DNA of 57,367 nucleotides, the filler included, from Dimargaris cristalligena (taxonomy: Eukaryota), in NCBI GenBank assembly GCA_003614675.1. It is 2 parts of 2 records of this genome, joined end to end, with 100 filler letters (N's around TTAATTAATTAA, not from the genome) between each part and the next. Parts side by side here need not be neighbours in the genome. Positions count along the whole stretch, not along the records: positions 28,779 to 57,367 come from ML002499.1; 1 more part is not named here. One strand, given 5' to 3'. Within the stretch, counting starts at the first letter, position 1. Each line of letters starts with the position of its first letter. Positions 37,881-51,268 of this stretch are shown here, piece by piece. The notes under the pieces were generated by a model that was not told the origin of the DNA, searched no databases, and saw only the letters and a list, made by a program, of their open reading frames with translations. Position numbers and translations under genes: made by a program.

Positions 37881-38931
37881 TTAACCAATGACGAGCTGGT
37901 CACCGTCGATTTCGTACTGGGGAATTTCCAGGTTCAGGGGGGCGGGGCCCTTACGAATACGGCCGGAGATGTCGTAGTGGGAACCGTGGCAGGGGCAGTA
38001 CCAGCCGCCGAACTCACCAGACTCACCGACGGGCACACAACCCAAATGGGTGCAGATACCCAACATCACGAGCCACTCGGGCTGCTTCGTGCGGTCGGCA
38101 TCAGTCTGGGGATCACGCAGGGCAGCGATGTTCACGTTGTTGGCTTCGTTGATCTCGGCCTGGGTACGGTGACGGATGAAGACGGGCTTGCCACGCCATT
38201 TAACAATGACGTTCTTGCCCTCGGGGATAGTGGTGAGGTCAACCTCGGCCTTGGCCATAGCCAGCACATCGGCGGAGGCACTCAGATTGGTCAGGAATTC
38301 GTGGACGGAGTTCTTGGCAACGGCGGCCGAGATAAAACCGGTACTGCCGACCATGAAGTAGGCCAGGTTGCGGTTGGTGTAGTCGCCGGACTCCTTGCGG
38401 TAGTCCGAGAAGTCGGGGACTTGGGTGGTACCGCTACCGGCGGCGTAGTTGGAGGAAAGCCGGGTCTGGTAGTTGAACGAGGCATTGGTGGCTAGTGCAT
38501 GGTACACGTGGGGAGGGCATACGGGGATATAGACAGAATGAGGGGGTTAGAACTCAAAGAAAGGGGGTGATAAATCATCTAATACAGGAACTTCCGTCCT
38601 TGGGGTCAGAAAACTCCAGCATAAGGAAGTAATCCGGCTCTTTGAAAAGGCCTGGTGAATCGCCTACGGCCAGGAATGCAGCTAGATTCAAGGGATAGGG
38701 GGATAATCACAACGTACCAGTGATGCCGGTCTTGAAGATCTGGTGGCCAAAGGCGCCCAGCTTGACGTTCTGCTTGCGGGCAGCGGCGGACAGCACCGCG
38801 GGCTTGGCGGGGGTGAGCTTCAGGCTGGCCTGCTTGGAGAATTTGGACCAGATCTGGGCCTCCTGGGGAGTGGTGACGAAGGTCTTGTTGGCCAGCGAGG
38901 CGCTGGATTTGACGGCGTTAGTGAAAGACAT
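37881..38931 (-). CDS. RIP1: Cytochrome bc1 Rieske iron-sulfur subunit; exons 38931-38718 and 38491-37881, ~274 aa
   Basis: CTHLGC and CPCHGS ligand motifs, GRIRKGPAPLNL, SASADVLA, basic mitochondrial presequence. GTACGT..TAG intron in frame. Confidence 0.97.
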
Positions 38932-39609
38932 GGTAATGGATTAAAGTAAATGAAGCGAGGGAAAGCGATAAACACAAAGCAAAGAGAAAAGGAGGGAGAC
39001 CTGTGGTCAGAATCAACAATAGTTGGGTGGAGGGAGAGAGTGAGAGGGCTTTGCAAAGTGTGAATCCAATGCGAGAGAGCAGACGAGATTACATAGGACA
39101 AGGACCCCCCCTATAGAGCACACCCCACACGGCTTTCACATTATCCGGGCTAGTTAAGGTTGAAACCGGAGGGGAGACCTTCTGATAAGCAGGGAAAATG
39201 GTTGGTTGGGGTATGGCAAACGCCCCCCACCACACCACTGGGGCTGGCCTATCTACCGAATAGGTGGTATAGTAAGCAGTGTGTTGAGTGGTGTGGCTGC
39301 TGTATAATAAAGATATCAGCTTGGCTAGCGAGGAGGTTCGCTTGCCTGTCTCTCTTCCATAGGAAACAATTAATAACTGGCAATCTACCCGCAAGGCGGA
39401 TATTTAGTATGATGAAATGACACTTGACTTTTATTAGTTCAGTAGAGATGCTACTACTACTACTAACTACTACTAGTATGGCTGCCTGAACCTAGATAGA
39501 GAGCGATATATATATATACCCCTAATAAGCCTTGCCCCTCCCCCCATCGGGTTAGAGATTTTGAGGGTGAGGCAGAATACTGGTCTTCAAATCACGTGAT
39601 ACCGCGAAT

Positions 39610-41151
39610 TCACCGCTTTCGGGTCGTCTTCTTGTCCTTCATGTTCTCGAGACGTGTCTTGTGTTTGGTATACTGCTTGGTGTTCTCTCGAAGCCGCGCT
39701 GACTTCGTTTCGTACTTGAACGTCCTTTTCTTAATCTTCTTGAGCCTTTTAACATGTCAGCAATCAATGGAAGAAAATCCGTAGGTTAGTACGAATAGGC
39801 CATGGTGTACTCACCCCATTTAATCCTATACAATATACCCCCCCCACACACACAAAGGCCGCCCAGCTCTCTTGGAGCAGGCCAATCCATTATCAATCAT
39901 GTTACTTACTTTGGTTTAACAGGCGCGGGTGTAGTCTCGGCGGCATTTTTCTACTCAGCATAAATAGAAGGAGTTCAAATAATCAAGCTCTGGGTTAATT
40001 CCTCAAAATTCCGCTGCAGCCTAGCAAATTGTTTAGCAGAACAGCACTCTATAAAGTCGGGCTGGGCTTGGGGTCTAATATCTAATCAATCCCCAGCAAT
40101 ATACCCTTAATAAGCCGTACCTTTAGTATCCCACTTAGCGACGAGGTACTCTGTGATTTCTCGCCGGTGGTCCAGCTCTGTAAATCATTCATGTCTAGAT
40201 CGGTCACGACAGTAACCGTAGTTAGACTGTCGTCGGCTTTGAATTCCGATACCTCGGGCTTCGGACCAGTTTCCAGATCGGATGAGGCATTCTCATTCTC
40301 GGCCGAATCGGTTGACTTGCTGACGGTAGCCCCCTTCCCACTCTTGGTGTTGTTGTCGCCGTCGTCGTCACTCTCACTATCGTCAAGAACCCCTAAATTA
40401 AATAATCGTCAAGCAGCAACCGGATTCAAAGCTGTCAAAAAAAAAATGATACTTCGGCCCAGGAAATAGTCAGTATAGCCCAACATACTTGGCTGCGTAT
40501 TCATAGACAGGCTTGGTTTATAATACCAATCCATCCGCACTACTATCAGTAAGGACTTACCGTAGTACGCTTTTTGTTCGGCAATTTTCTCTTCTAAAAG
40601 TCGGTTTTGTTCGCTCTTGCGCTGCTCCGTGGAATTGATTGCAGGCAATATGTTAAGTCCAACATTTAGGTTAGTTACAAGCTATTTTCCAACAAAAACA
40701 GGGGGCTCGGAGGCTATCCGTACGAAATTGGTGGTATTGGGTTATCCACAAACTTACCTCCCGCTTAAGCTCTCGTAAGGCTTCCTTCTCCTTCTCGAGT
40801 AGGGTTTCCTGGTGCTTGCGCTTCTTGGCCTGCTTGCGCTTGGAGAATCCCGTTAGAAACTCACTATATATATAGTTATCCCCGAATCGATACCATTGAC
40901 AACGGATAGTGAAGAGGCTTTGGTTAGTGTATCGGAAAAATAGCGAAGCTGTACCGAATCCGATCCATGGTTAAGGTTAATAACCATAATGCGGCAGGCG
41001 TAAGGGGGGCCTTTCAACCAGTCTCCGCCCATCGGTCTACTTACGCTCGGTTACTTCCGTCAAACACGATCTCGTCCAGCTGGTTCTGCTTAAACTTGCG
41101 TTTCTTTTCCCAAATGCGGCTTCCGCGGGTCAGCAATTCAATGTTGTCCAT
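39610..41151 (-). CDS. RRP17: rRNA-processing protein Rrp17/Nop25 (NOL12 family); exons 41151-41045, 40863-40758, 40621-40561, 40392-40121, 39950-39910, 39745-39610, ~240 aa
   Basis: EIVFD...EFLTGFSKRK signature, acidic middle with TTVTV, C-terminal KKRTFKYETK. Five canonical introns keep the frame. Missed by the ORF track. Confidence 0.88.
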
Positions 41152-42717
41152 AATGGGCCTAAGTCGGTCGAGTGGACAATGACGTTAAATGGACGGGGAG
41201 GCACGCGCTTCACTACACGGCGGATATACGGAGATTCACCCGAGGTGGATTTAGAAAGGGGGGAATAAGATAGAATGCCAGAGCTGGTCGAAAAAGGGAA
41301 TGGACGCAGGCTACCGAATACCCAGAGAAGGTTCGGTTAGTGAAAAAAGTGGAACGAAAATCAGCTGTGGGCAGCAATCGGGTGAGGAGAGTAAGCCAAG
41401 GCCTATATGTCAGTGGCGGCCGCATCCCTTACTTTTTCTTTTTTCTTTTCTTTAGAGATCATAGTCTCCAGCTAACTCCATGGAGTCAGCGTACTGTGCC
41501 TCTTTGACATTGTAGTTCGTTGGTTAAGTCTTTTATAAACCGGTACCTTTTTCTGAATGTCGCTATATTAATAGCAACTACCTCGTAGTTGTAGTAGTAG
41601 CCCTTGGGCTTTGTTAGCCAACTCACCAAGTGTTGGTTAGTGGTTTACGCCATTTTTGGCAAGGGTCCTCTATTCCTTACGCTCTACATACGCGTGAATT
41701 TCGGTTGGACTGAACAGGATTTGGATTAAAAATATGTATGATAAAGTTGGTGGTTTTTTTAGTATACAACAGCACTATACGCACCTACTACACTAAACGA
41801 CAAAGGGCTACTACTAAGTAGTTTTCCATTAACACAATTAGGTAACCCAAATCGAAATAAAAAAACGGGGGCGCCGGTTGAACGGGCTATGGTTTCCAGT
41901 ATTTATTATATGGCGTAGGCCAGATGGCGGTGGAGATAATTGATGAAGTGACCCCCTTATCAGGCAACGCTCCAAAATACATTAGGTAATAGTGAGGCTG
42001 ACCCCCGGGCCGCCTTATCTTTAATAAATTCGCCGGCTGAAGTCTTTAAATAAAGAATATCCCGGGGGTATGGAATCGAAGATATAAAAATTTGCATCTT
42101 AAATCAAGACCAAGTTTGTGCATGGTCATTGGTAAGGCAGGGAGTAGAGCTATTATGGGGCTGTAGAGTCGTTACAAGAGTGTTGGCTGTATTATTATCG
42201 TCTAATTTTATCAACGTCGAATAGAGAATAATAGCATATTGATGCATAGAGTATTAGCAGTCACTGGCACTAACTTTAATAAGTGATCGAAAGTACAGCT
42301 AACCTAAAAAAGACCGAAGATACCACCCTGGCAGGAATATATAATTCAGCCTAGAGTTTAGATGTTAGAGCAGCTGTTTAAGCCAGCCAATTTCCAAAAA
42401 TTCCACCGAAATAAACAAAGCCATTTATCCACAGCCCCTCCATTATTCACACCACCGAGGCGTCATTATCATATGTATGGGTTAACACAGCCTAACCGCC
42501 TTATTACCGGTCTTTATCACAGTTTAACTTCTAAAAAATAATTCATTGATTTATTAACTTGATTTATTCAAAAAGCAGGAGCCGGAATATAAAAAGGGCA
42601 CCATCTTCAACTACATACAATTACATAAAGATATATATATAATTACACTGGTAACTTATACAAAAATAAAATACCACATTTAACCTGCACTTTGGCAGGC
42701 ACCTCCAAGTTATTATT

Positions 42718-42939
42718 TCAAGTGCAGGCTGGGTTGTTTGCCCGACCGCGGTCGGCCTCGGAGAGCTCGTGGGCGCGGTCAAAGGCGGGGTAATCCCTCA
42801 GGGCGAACGAGGGATACCCGGTAGCACCCCGGTGGGAGTGGTTATCAGTAATTTTTGCCTGCATTACTGCAGGGGACGGCAGGTCTGTCTTTATACAGAC
42901 AGCTGCTGAAAAGGGGAGAAATGGCCGTGGTATGGCCAT
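42718..42939 (-). CDS. Possible small orphan protein, 73 aa
   Basis: GC/CpG-rich island in AT-rich flanks, TATAAATA at 43072-43079 (minus), CT-rich leader. No recognisable domain. Confidence 0.3.
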   Translation of the reverse strand: MAIPRPFLPFSAAVCIKTDLPSPAVMQAKITDNHSHRGATGYPSFALRDYPAFDRAHELSEADRGRANNPACT

Positions 42940-44891
42940 TGGAAAAAAGTAGTGAGGGGAGAAAAGAGAGGTGAGGGGGGTGAGATAAAAGCAAATAAGG
43001 AGTGGTTTCTGTTAAACGAGTTGTCGGCATTTGCTGTTAATGATAGGATATTTAGATGGCACCCGCTTGCCTATTTATAACCAACCGGTGATTTTATTAA
43101 CCAGATGCAGTGTAAGTGGCTCCTAACTATCCCTTCAAAATGGACTATCTTCATGTGGCCATTTCAAAACAGTAATGGGGGGATACTATTCTAGTCGGTG
43201 CTGCATATTAGGAATTGGCCAGACAATGGTTACGACATCCTGATGCTCCCTTTGTTGTCTATATAAATGGCTTCATGGATGTCTATCGCAATTGAAATAT
43301 CTACAGGACAATTGCCACTGGACCATGGTTAGGCATAATGAATAGGCGGTATGGCCTAAGGTACCACCTGCGGCACCTAGTCTTGGGATAGGGCTACAAA
43401 CGGGACTATTAACTGAAGGCTTCTACATAGTAATATTTTCATGACGACAATGCCGAAAAGCGTCCTGGTTTTCCTGGTATGTTTTCGCCCAAGGATCATC
43501 GGACCAGCAGCGACAGCTAGACCCTTCCTTGTTGTCCGCTACATGCCTTATTGGGGGAAATGAATCCGCCTGTCGGCCATTGTAATGTACCGCTGATGGC
43601 TCCCGTCAAACCCCACCAGTTCCCCTTAACCATCGGCCAGACCATTGTCTAGGCATAGTATAGCGACGACCAAATGCTACTGCAGCCCTAATAGGAAATG
43701 TAAACCTTTCCGGGCTTCGGCTATGGAATTAAACCAATGGATGGACCGGGACTAACTGGTATTCATTCAAGTACAATGGTGATTGGACAGGTTAATTAAA
43801 TCACTGACGGTTTACTTTTGGCATCGGCGGAGACTAGGGAGGAGAATGGTAAGTCTGGATAGACTGTAGTCTAGTGTCTGTGCCGTGCTTTCATGAATTT
43901 GATGGCAAACTGGTATCCCGGAGCAATATTCACACCGTCGCAGTCACCATGGTTCTTCAGAATGCCCCTACTGCTTTTGGGCCGCAGATACACAGCATAG
44001 GTCGGTTTCATTAGTTAGTTGGGTAGAAGGCACCCTCCTTTGTTGTCCCGTGGCTTTGCCGTCTTCCTAGACCGCGGGGTGCTTCCGAGACTAGTGGTTA
44101 GATATATGACGGGCGTTTATTGGATAATAGGGCGATTTTAAATATGAAGGAGTGAATGCTGAAGAAGTTCCTACATCTATAATGTAAGCATTCTATCCAA
44201 ACTCCCAGAATGGCTTGATTGACATCTTTAATCTGGAAGTACACTATTACAGGCCGCTACCACGATCTATTTTTATTACTACCACCGTACAGGTGAAATC
44301 CAATCCAATTGCATGTAGTTTTAAGTGTGCCTTGTATAGTTTAACGGAAGGATCAAGTCTATAGCAAAAAGTGACATCTCCCCAGCAATCGGATATTTCG
44401 TTATACATCCTCTCTGTACCACAGCTATATTATTTTAATACTTCATTCTACTCATAGTCAATCTATTTACCCAATGATTTATTGACCTCTGAGGCGGGGA
44501 AGCCGGGCCTCTCCACTCTATCTGGATAAAAATATTACTTCATTTTAGAAATTGGCTGCACCCGTACAATAAGCTTATGAACGAGTGAACGGACGAGCCA
44601 TTAATTTGACGACATTTTATTAACAAGACCCGACCATTATTATAAATAATAGGCTACGATCGGACCACGTGAAAAACAAACGAGGGTCTTGCGGGTCACT
44701 CGAGGTCTCAGGTGGCTTGTATCAACACGGTAAAGGCGAGGGATCGGCTAGCTATCCAGCCCCAGCTTACATAAAGCATCGTTACCGAGTGCGGAGACCC
44801 CCCCCCCCCTCCGGTAAATTCCGGCTATTGCAACCCACTCATTAACATCACTTTGAAACCCGGTTGGAACTGTCCAATTAGGCCCTTCCAG

Positions 44892-46698
44892 TCACGCTAA
44901 AGGGGCCAGTGGTGCTGTATAGGGCTGGGGATTAGGACTAAAATGGGCCATCTGTTGAAGATCAGCGAGATAGTCAGGCTCCAGGTCCCGCCAGAAAATG
45001 GTTGAGTCCAACCGGCGGGGGGCCCAAGTGGCAGTATTGGCCGGTTGGACCACCCAACGACCCAAATCCGCTTCGGCGGTGATCTCGCCGGGCTTAAAAG
45101 CCGTGGCCAATACCGATACACCCATTTGGTTAGTATTGGTCAGATACAACTGCTCCATGAGCGGAAGCTGAAGGTAATCCCATACGACTCGATCATCCGG
45201 AGTGCAGTTCCACAGCTGGCGCAGGGCATTAGCACCCCGGGGCAGTCCGGTCGTCCGCATAAAACTCACTAGTCGGCACTGACTGTCGCGCACTAAAAAG
45301 GGCGATAGACCGACTAATTCCCGGTCCACTAAGCGGGACAGCGACGCCATATGTCCCGGCTCCTGGGCCACGGCGGCCAAAAGGAGGGCTAAACGGAGCA
45401 TGGCCAGATAGTCGCATTTGTACCCATAAATAGTGTCCCACAGGGCGTCGATTTTCTTAATTTCGACCAAAAATTCCATCAACACGGTGAACCGGTGCGT
45501 GGTGGACAGCCGGGTCATGGCGAGAACCACGATATTTTTAAATAACCGGCCATGGAGTTTTCGCAAAGCAATCCCGTCTCCCTCGGGGGTGATTCGCTCA
45601 CCTCTAATCAGGCCCATTACCCAACCCAGTTCCGAAGGGGTCCAGCCTTGCAGGCCCATACTAAGCAAGGATGGGTCAGTCAGGGCCCGAATTAATGTCA
45701 CGATATGGGAACCATCGGGCTGATCATCGATGAGCGCGAGCAGAGGCAGTCGGTTCCGCAACACCGAGACGGGCAGTCGATCAGGGCTCACGAATCGCCA
45801 CACCTCCTTTTGAAAAAGGGGATGGTCCTGGTTGGTCTTCAGATACTGGTAGTACCGAAGGGTGGTCGACTGGCTCACGGTACGTACATAGTCAGACATG
45901 CCTCGAAGGGAATGGGAGGTCGAGGACCATTTGGAGTAAGCGGAATAGAATATACTGCCGAGTAACTGTTGGCGAATGATTTGTCGCCAGGCCTGGATGG
46001 TTTCGCGAGATTCCATCACGGACAAATTTCTCGTGTTTGATAGCTGCAGACCGCTTAGAAATGCTGGGTAGAGGTGCTGGGGAGCCAAGAGATAGTTAGG
46101 TACCGAATGGATAGGCATATCAGTAGATTGGAGGGTTAATAAGGAGTGTCGAGGGTGGTTAAATCTCCTGGAGGTGAATCAAACAGGTATATTCCACTAA
46201 GAGGAGTTCGAAGAAGACCTTCCTCCAATTGAGCTATATACCTACCGTATAATATCCGCTCTGGCTGCTTGAAACGAGAGCTGCCAATCGTTTAGATGTT
46301 CGGTACAAAGGACCACAAGCACCGAGATAGGCATAGTCTACGATCATTTCGAGAATTTCCGTTGGAAGACAGTTTAATTGACGTATCTGGTCCAGGCCTG
46401 GTTTCTTTGTCGAATGCTTGGGATAGCCACTGGATTCTACATCAGAATAACTATCTGAGGACTGGTAGGCTGTTGTCCCAGCGACTTCCTCAGGCAAAGT
46501 ACTGGATAATACGGCAGGTTCTAAATTCATCTGATACTGTGAGCCAGTCAGGCTAACGTCCGCTATAGATGGCACTTCATTGGACTGTGTTTGACTTCCC
46601 AAATGTAACCCCGGAGCAGCGCGACTTGGTTGAGCTATAAAACATATAGTTACGATATGAGCAATTGATTTAACAAGCTCACCATGTTGAAACTTCAT
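44892..46698 (-). CDS. Putative secreted protein with F-box-like motif; exons 46698-46246 and 46076-44892, ~545 aa
   Basis: N-terminal hydrophobic stretch (SIAHIVTICFIAQPSRA). F-box-like LNCLPTEILEMIVDYAYLGACGPLYRTSKRLAALV. GTAGGT donor at 46245 and a CTAAC-preceded CAG acceptor ending 46077 give a phase-0 in-frame join. Confidence 0.72.
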
Positions 46699-48702
46699 AG
46701 TTGCCTAACCCGATCTCAATGTCTAGATATATAAACGGGGATGAAAGAAACACTGCTCGTTGACTTATAAAGCAGCCTGCACTAATCAAATTGGTCGAAA
46801 TGACACTAAAAGTAAATGGCGAACTTGGACAACATTTAAAATTGGCCTTGAGGTTCTATTTAAGTTGAAAATAGGAGCCCAACATAGACTGGGCAAGGAC
46901 GGGAAAAGGGGGGGGGGGTGGTTTGTCAGCCATGCTATACAGGCAAATGGCTATCCCCAAACGGACTGGCGGGGAAGTAGCGATGAATCGTCCATCAGCA
47001 AGGTAGTATCGTGCGACCACTATAAACGGTTCCTCGCTGGTGCCTATCATAGTTACGCCATAGACACCGACGGATAGTTTACTGAATGAGTTGCTGTATA
47101 CTAGGGTGCTGTATTTGCTCGAGGGGATTCACGATATAAGCTTACACTCAACGCTATCAGTAGTTTTAAACGAATTTATACTTTTATCGTTGTACAAGGG
47201 GAGGCCGTCTAGCATATTGTGCGACCGACTCATAAAAATAAGACTTTGGGTCTGAGGGTTGAATCAGCCGTAGGTCAATTGGAAGAGGGGTTATGGACGA
47301 ATTTACCTTTGTTGGTATTTTGGGCCCCATTATAATTCATTGGCTAAAGGAACTCGGGCTAATTGTATTTGTCGAGCTCGGAATAGTTTGAACTAAATGA
47401 GCCAGCCAGTACCTAGGTAGAAATCCACCGCATGTACACTTTACGCATATTTATAATGCTATATATCAAAGTTGGGGATAGAGTGCATCGCTCTTTCTAA
47501 ATTCGGATTTGGAATTATAATATTATACTTCCTCGGCTGTCTCTTCCCCTTACCCAAAAGTGGTACAGGGAATCTGGTGGAACTGAATAACCCCTGTCAA
47601 AACATCAGTGACTCGTTGTGCCGGACTATTGTCCCCTCCGGGATGATCAGGCCGCCATCGGGGTAAATATATTAATGGTGAACGGGCTATCGTAGGATGG
47701 ATATTGGTTAACTAATAATAAACGGGCTCAAGTACATGTAATAAGAAGTGGCCGGTCCTAGGGATAGAATATATTAGGTGGTTTTTGTGGGTAGGTTGCT
47801 CTTTTGAGATCCGCATGTTCGCAAGTAAGATAGTCAAGATAAAAATGACGGAGTAAGGTTCGTGCCCAACCCGGAGTGGTAGCCCTAGATAGGAGCAATA
47901 TGGCCCACCCGTCCCCTCACTATGGGATCGAGAAGAACTGGTGCCGCATTACTTTGGAGGATAAGGGCTATTGGGGACTAACCTTTTGTCGACAGGTAAA
48001 TCTTTTAGCCATCCTAATATTTCGGACATTGGCCGCCACACTCTATTCCCTCTACGCGCCTACCTCACACTTATCCATAATCGCTAGCTGTACCTATGGC
48101 TTTAGTCCAGTAACACTATAATGTCTACAAATGAGATGTCTTAGATTGCGCGTGCCCTACCACACCCATTTAGCCAATTCCAACTATTATCCTCCCACCA
48201 GTCCATTTCTAAGCCCACTAAGCTAACCAAAGAAGTTCCTCGGACTATATTATTTACTTGCCAGTGAGAAAGGGGAGTGGGGGTACCTGAAACTCAGCCC
48301 GGTACGGCCCACCTACACGATCTTTATTTAAAACAAGAGTGGTTCGCAATCATAAAGAGACAAGATAAAGTAGTACCTGATGTACCGATCGGGTCAGTTT
48401 TATGTTTTACTTTATCTAAAAAAGTTACGAAAAAGAACAGCCAGTTTTAATAATAGCCCACGATTTATTAATGCTAGTTGTATTGATATTCAATGATAGA
48501 TATAAGTGGCACGATAATGCTCGGATTAATGTAGTCCGAGTGAAGCCGACCCGGGCAGTGGCATGGGGTAGAAAAAAGAAAAGGTATAAGAGAAAAGGGG
48601 GGTATAACAAACGATTGGGGGAGGGGAAGATTTAATGATTGGGATTGAATACATTTGGAGCACCTGAATAACCAAACGAAGACGAACCCGCCGTATGAGG
48701 AA

Positions 48703-49459
48703 CTAGGATAAACCAAACAGGGGACCGAGGTTGGGAATGACGGACAGCTGGTTAGAGTCCTGCGGGCCCAGAGGGATGCCCGCGAGGTTGGGCCGGGGTC
48801 GCTGGGCACCGGAGTCACGCTGGGGCGCCGGCGCGGGCTGCTGGGGCTGCGCGAAGTTCTGGAAGCTAGGGGGGGGGTGGGGCGAAACCCTGGGGATTAT
48901 TACCGCCGAAGCCGGGCGGGGCGAAGAACGGTGAGAATTGATTCGAAGCCGGTTGGAACTGCTGGGGCTGGGGCTGGGTAAAATGGCCGGCTGAGTGCTG
49001 GTTAAAGTTAAAACTGGGCTGGGGATCGGGCTGGGCCGGAGGGAAAAAGGGGGTGGTTCCCTGTCGACTTTGGGGTGGGGGGGGTGGGCTGGAACGAGCG
49101 GAATCCGAGTCGGACTTGCGGCCGCTGGAGGATCGGTGTTCCGGGCGCGGTTCGTCGGGGCCTGCACCTGAAACGGGGTAGTCGTCGTCACCGTCGCTCT
49201 CCAACAACTTGCGGAGCCGGGCAAGTTGCTTGGGAGTCAGCTGGTCCCCCTCATCTGACGAAGGACTGTCCCCGTCGGCACCCCGGCTGCCGCTGCCTCC
49301 GGAACTGGACCGGCTTTTGGCGGGGTCCTCCGATCTATCGCGAGACGGGATGGAGGAACTCACGCAATCCTTGTGCAGACACACCCCCAGGGGCGCGTCA
49401 GCGGCAAAGACCGAGGACGTTAATCCCAGGACTAACAGGGATACTAAGATGGGCTTCAT
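48703..49459 (-). CDS. Secreted Pro/Gln/Ser-rich low-complexity protein, apparent frameshift at a C9 run (197 aa as assembled, ~251 aa if repaired)
   Basis: Signal MKPILVSLLVLGLTSSVFA. The ORF stops right after a C9 run (G at 48869-48877), while same-style sequence (SFQNFAQPQQPAPAPQ...) continues in another frame to 48703. Confidence 0.7.
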
Positions 49460-51268
49460 AGGAATGGCGGTGAAAGGTGGAGAGGTAGGCGAAGGGCTGA
49501 GGGCAAGCGATCGTCAATCAAGTTGAATCAGGGGGTATACAAATCAATCAATACAATCAAGCAGTGGGGGGTGGAAAATGGCAATTGTGAGCAAACTAGA
49601 AGAAGGTCATTAACAAGGTCATGAAATCAATAAAAACTGAGTTATCGTTGGTATAGGGCAGTGGGCATTGGGATAGTTAAATCTGGGGGGAGGCAGCGGA
49701 GAATAGAGTTTAAATAGTATTGCATGTCCTGGCTCAATAGCGCCGGACGAGACCGACTAGCGGGGACACTCCCGCCTATACCTACTATACTCCGCTGTTT
49801 CATACTTATCCTATTATTATCATTTTATATCAGGCTGGGGTTTAGGTATCCTTAATCACTAAAGACCGGTGTGGTGAGGTGGGGTAGTGTAGCACAGGGA
49901 TCCCGTCGCTGTCTGGCCAGGGTGGCTATCCGGCATTTTAGTGGCCATGCTAATTATTTTTTTTCGATACGGTCTGTGGCGTCATGGAGAGGGGGGGGTG
50001 ACTCGACCTGGGGTGTGACTCTACTGCTAAAGATTTAACGACGCCAACACTGAATTATATGAATTTAAGCCAAGGAGGGCATGGAATGGAGGTTAGAAAT
50101 ACACGGAGTGCGACTCCTGCCAACGGCAAATTCTGGCGCAGAAGATGAGAAAGGAGCTCTTGAATCGCTGAACTGAATCGAGTCTCCTTCATTGTTCTCC
50201 TGCAGTGACTCCATATTTCGGCGTGATGGAGGGATGGAGGAGGAGAGGAGGGGACACATCGGAGAGCCGGTTTAACTGGAACTGGGCCATCAGCGCCCCC
50301 TCCCCTCCCACCCATTCCATGGCGGTGGACACGAGCTGCTAAGTCGCGCCTCGCATTGGAAGCTGCCGGGTTATACAACACAGGCTGGGTCTAGTCCAAG
50401 TCGGTACTTACGTGGCGTACGGTGACTATTGAGGAGCCCAAGGGAACGGAGGCCACCTCACTCCCCCATTTGAGTTCAGGTACTATCCGAGCAGGCCGGA
50501 ATATTCGGAATAGAGCAGCCCCAGCTTATCCTGAAATGGGGTCTTTGAATCGGATTTCATTTTGATTTGTTTCTGTTTATTTGGGGCCATTGGAATGCTG
50601 CGTGGGGGTGTGTGATGCGGGGAAGGAGGAGATAATTAATACTTTCTTCGGATTCGGCTGGGGAATACACATAGCCCATTTGTTAACCACACTTCTGGGC
50701 TGCATGGGCGATTCTAAAAGGAGAGGATTATGCCACGTGATATGGCCGGCTAAAGCCCAAACCCCTCCTCTTTAAGCCTCATCGCTCTTTGATTTCCCCG
50801 AGATGCGTGGTTTTATTTATAACCCCTTAGTAGTTGGTTATCACCACTACCAACAGCCTCTCTCGCTCGCTCATTCATTCACTGGTTATCGCTGTCACAC
50901 CGTGATTGGCGAATAAAAAGGGGGAACATACTTATGAACCACAGGGTAAATGAAGCAAGCGCTCCCGCCGGCTCGTTTACTAGGCCCGACACTACAAGTT
51001 TAGTTTTGGTTGCCAGTAGTCTGCCTACTTCCCCTCCCTATCACCATTTATCGACCACCTAAAAACAACGAGGTGAATAGCAGAAAGTGGCAACTACGAA
51101 AAGACACGCCTAGCCTATATACTACCTAATTATCTCTTTCATTAATTTACGGGTGTATTATATACCACCGCTATATTGCTCCAAACTTCTCTCAGCCATC
51201 TGAGCCCATCGGCCGCGCTTCTACTTACTACCTCCTTCTTTTTTACAATCCGATATATAGTCAACAAC

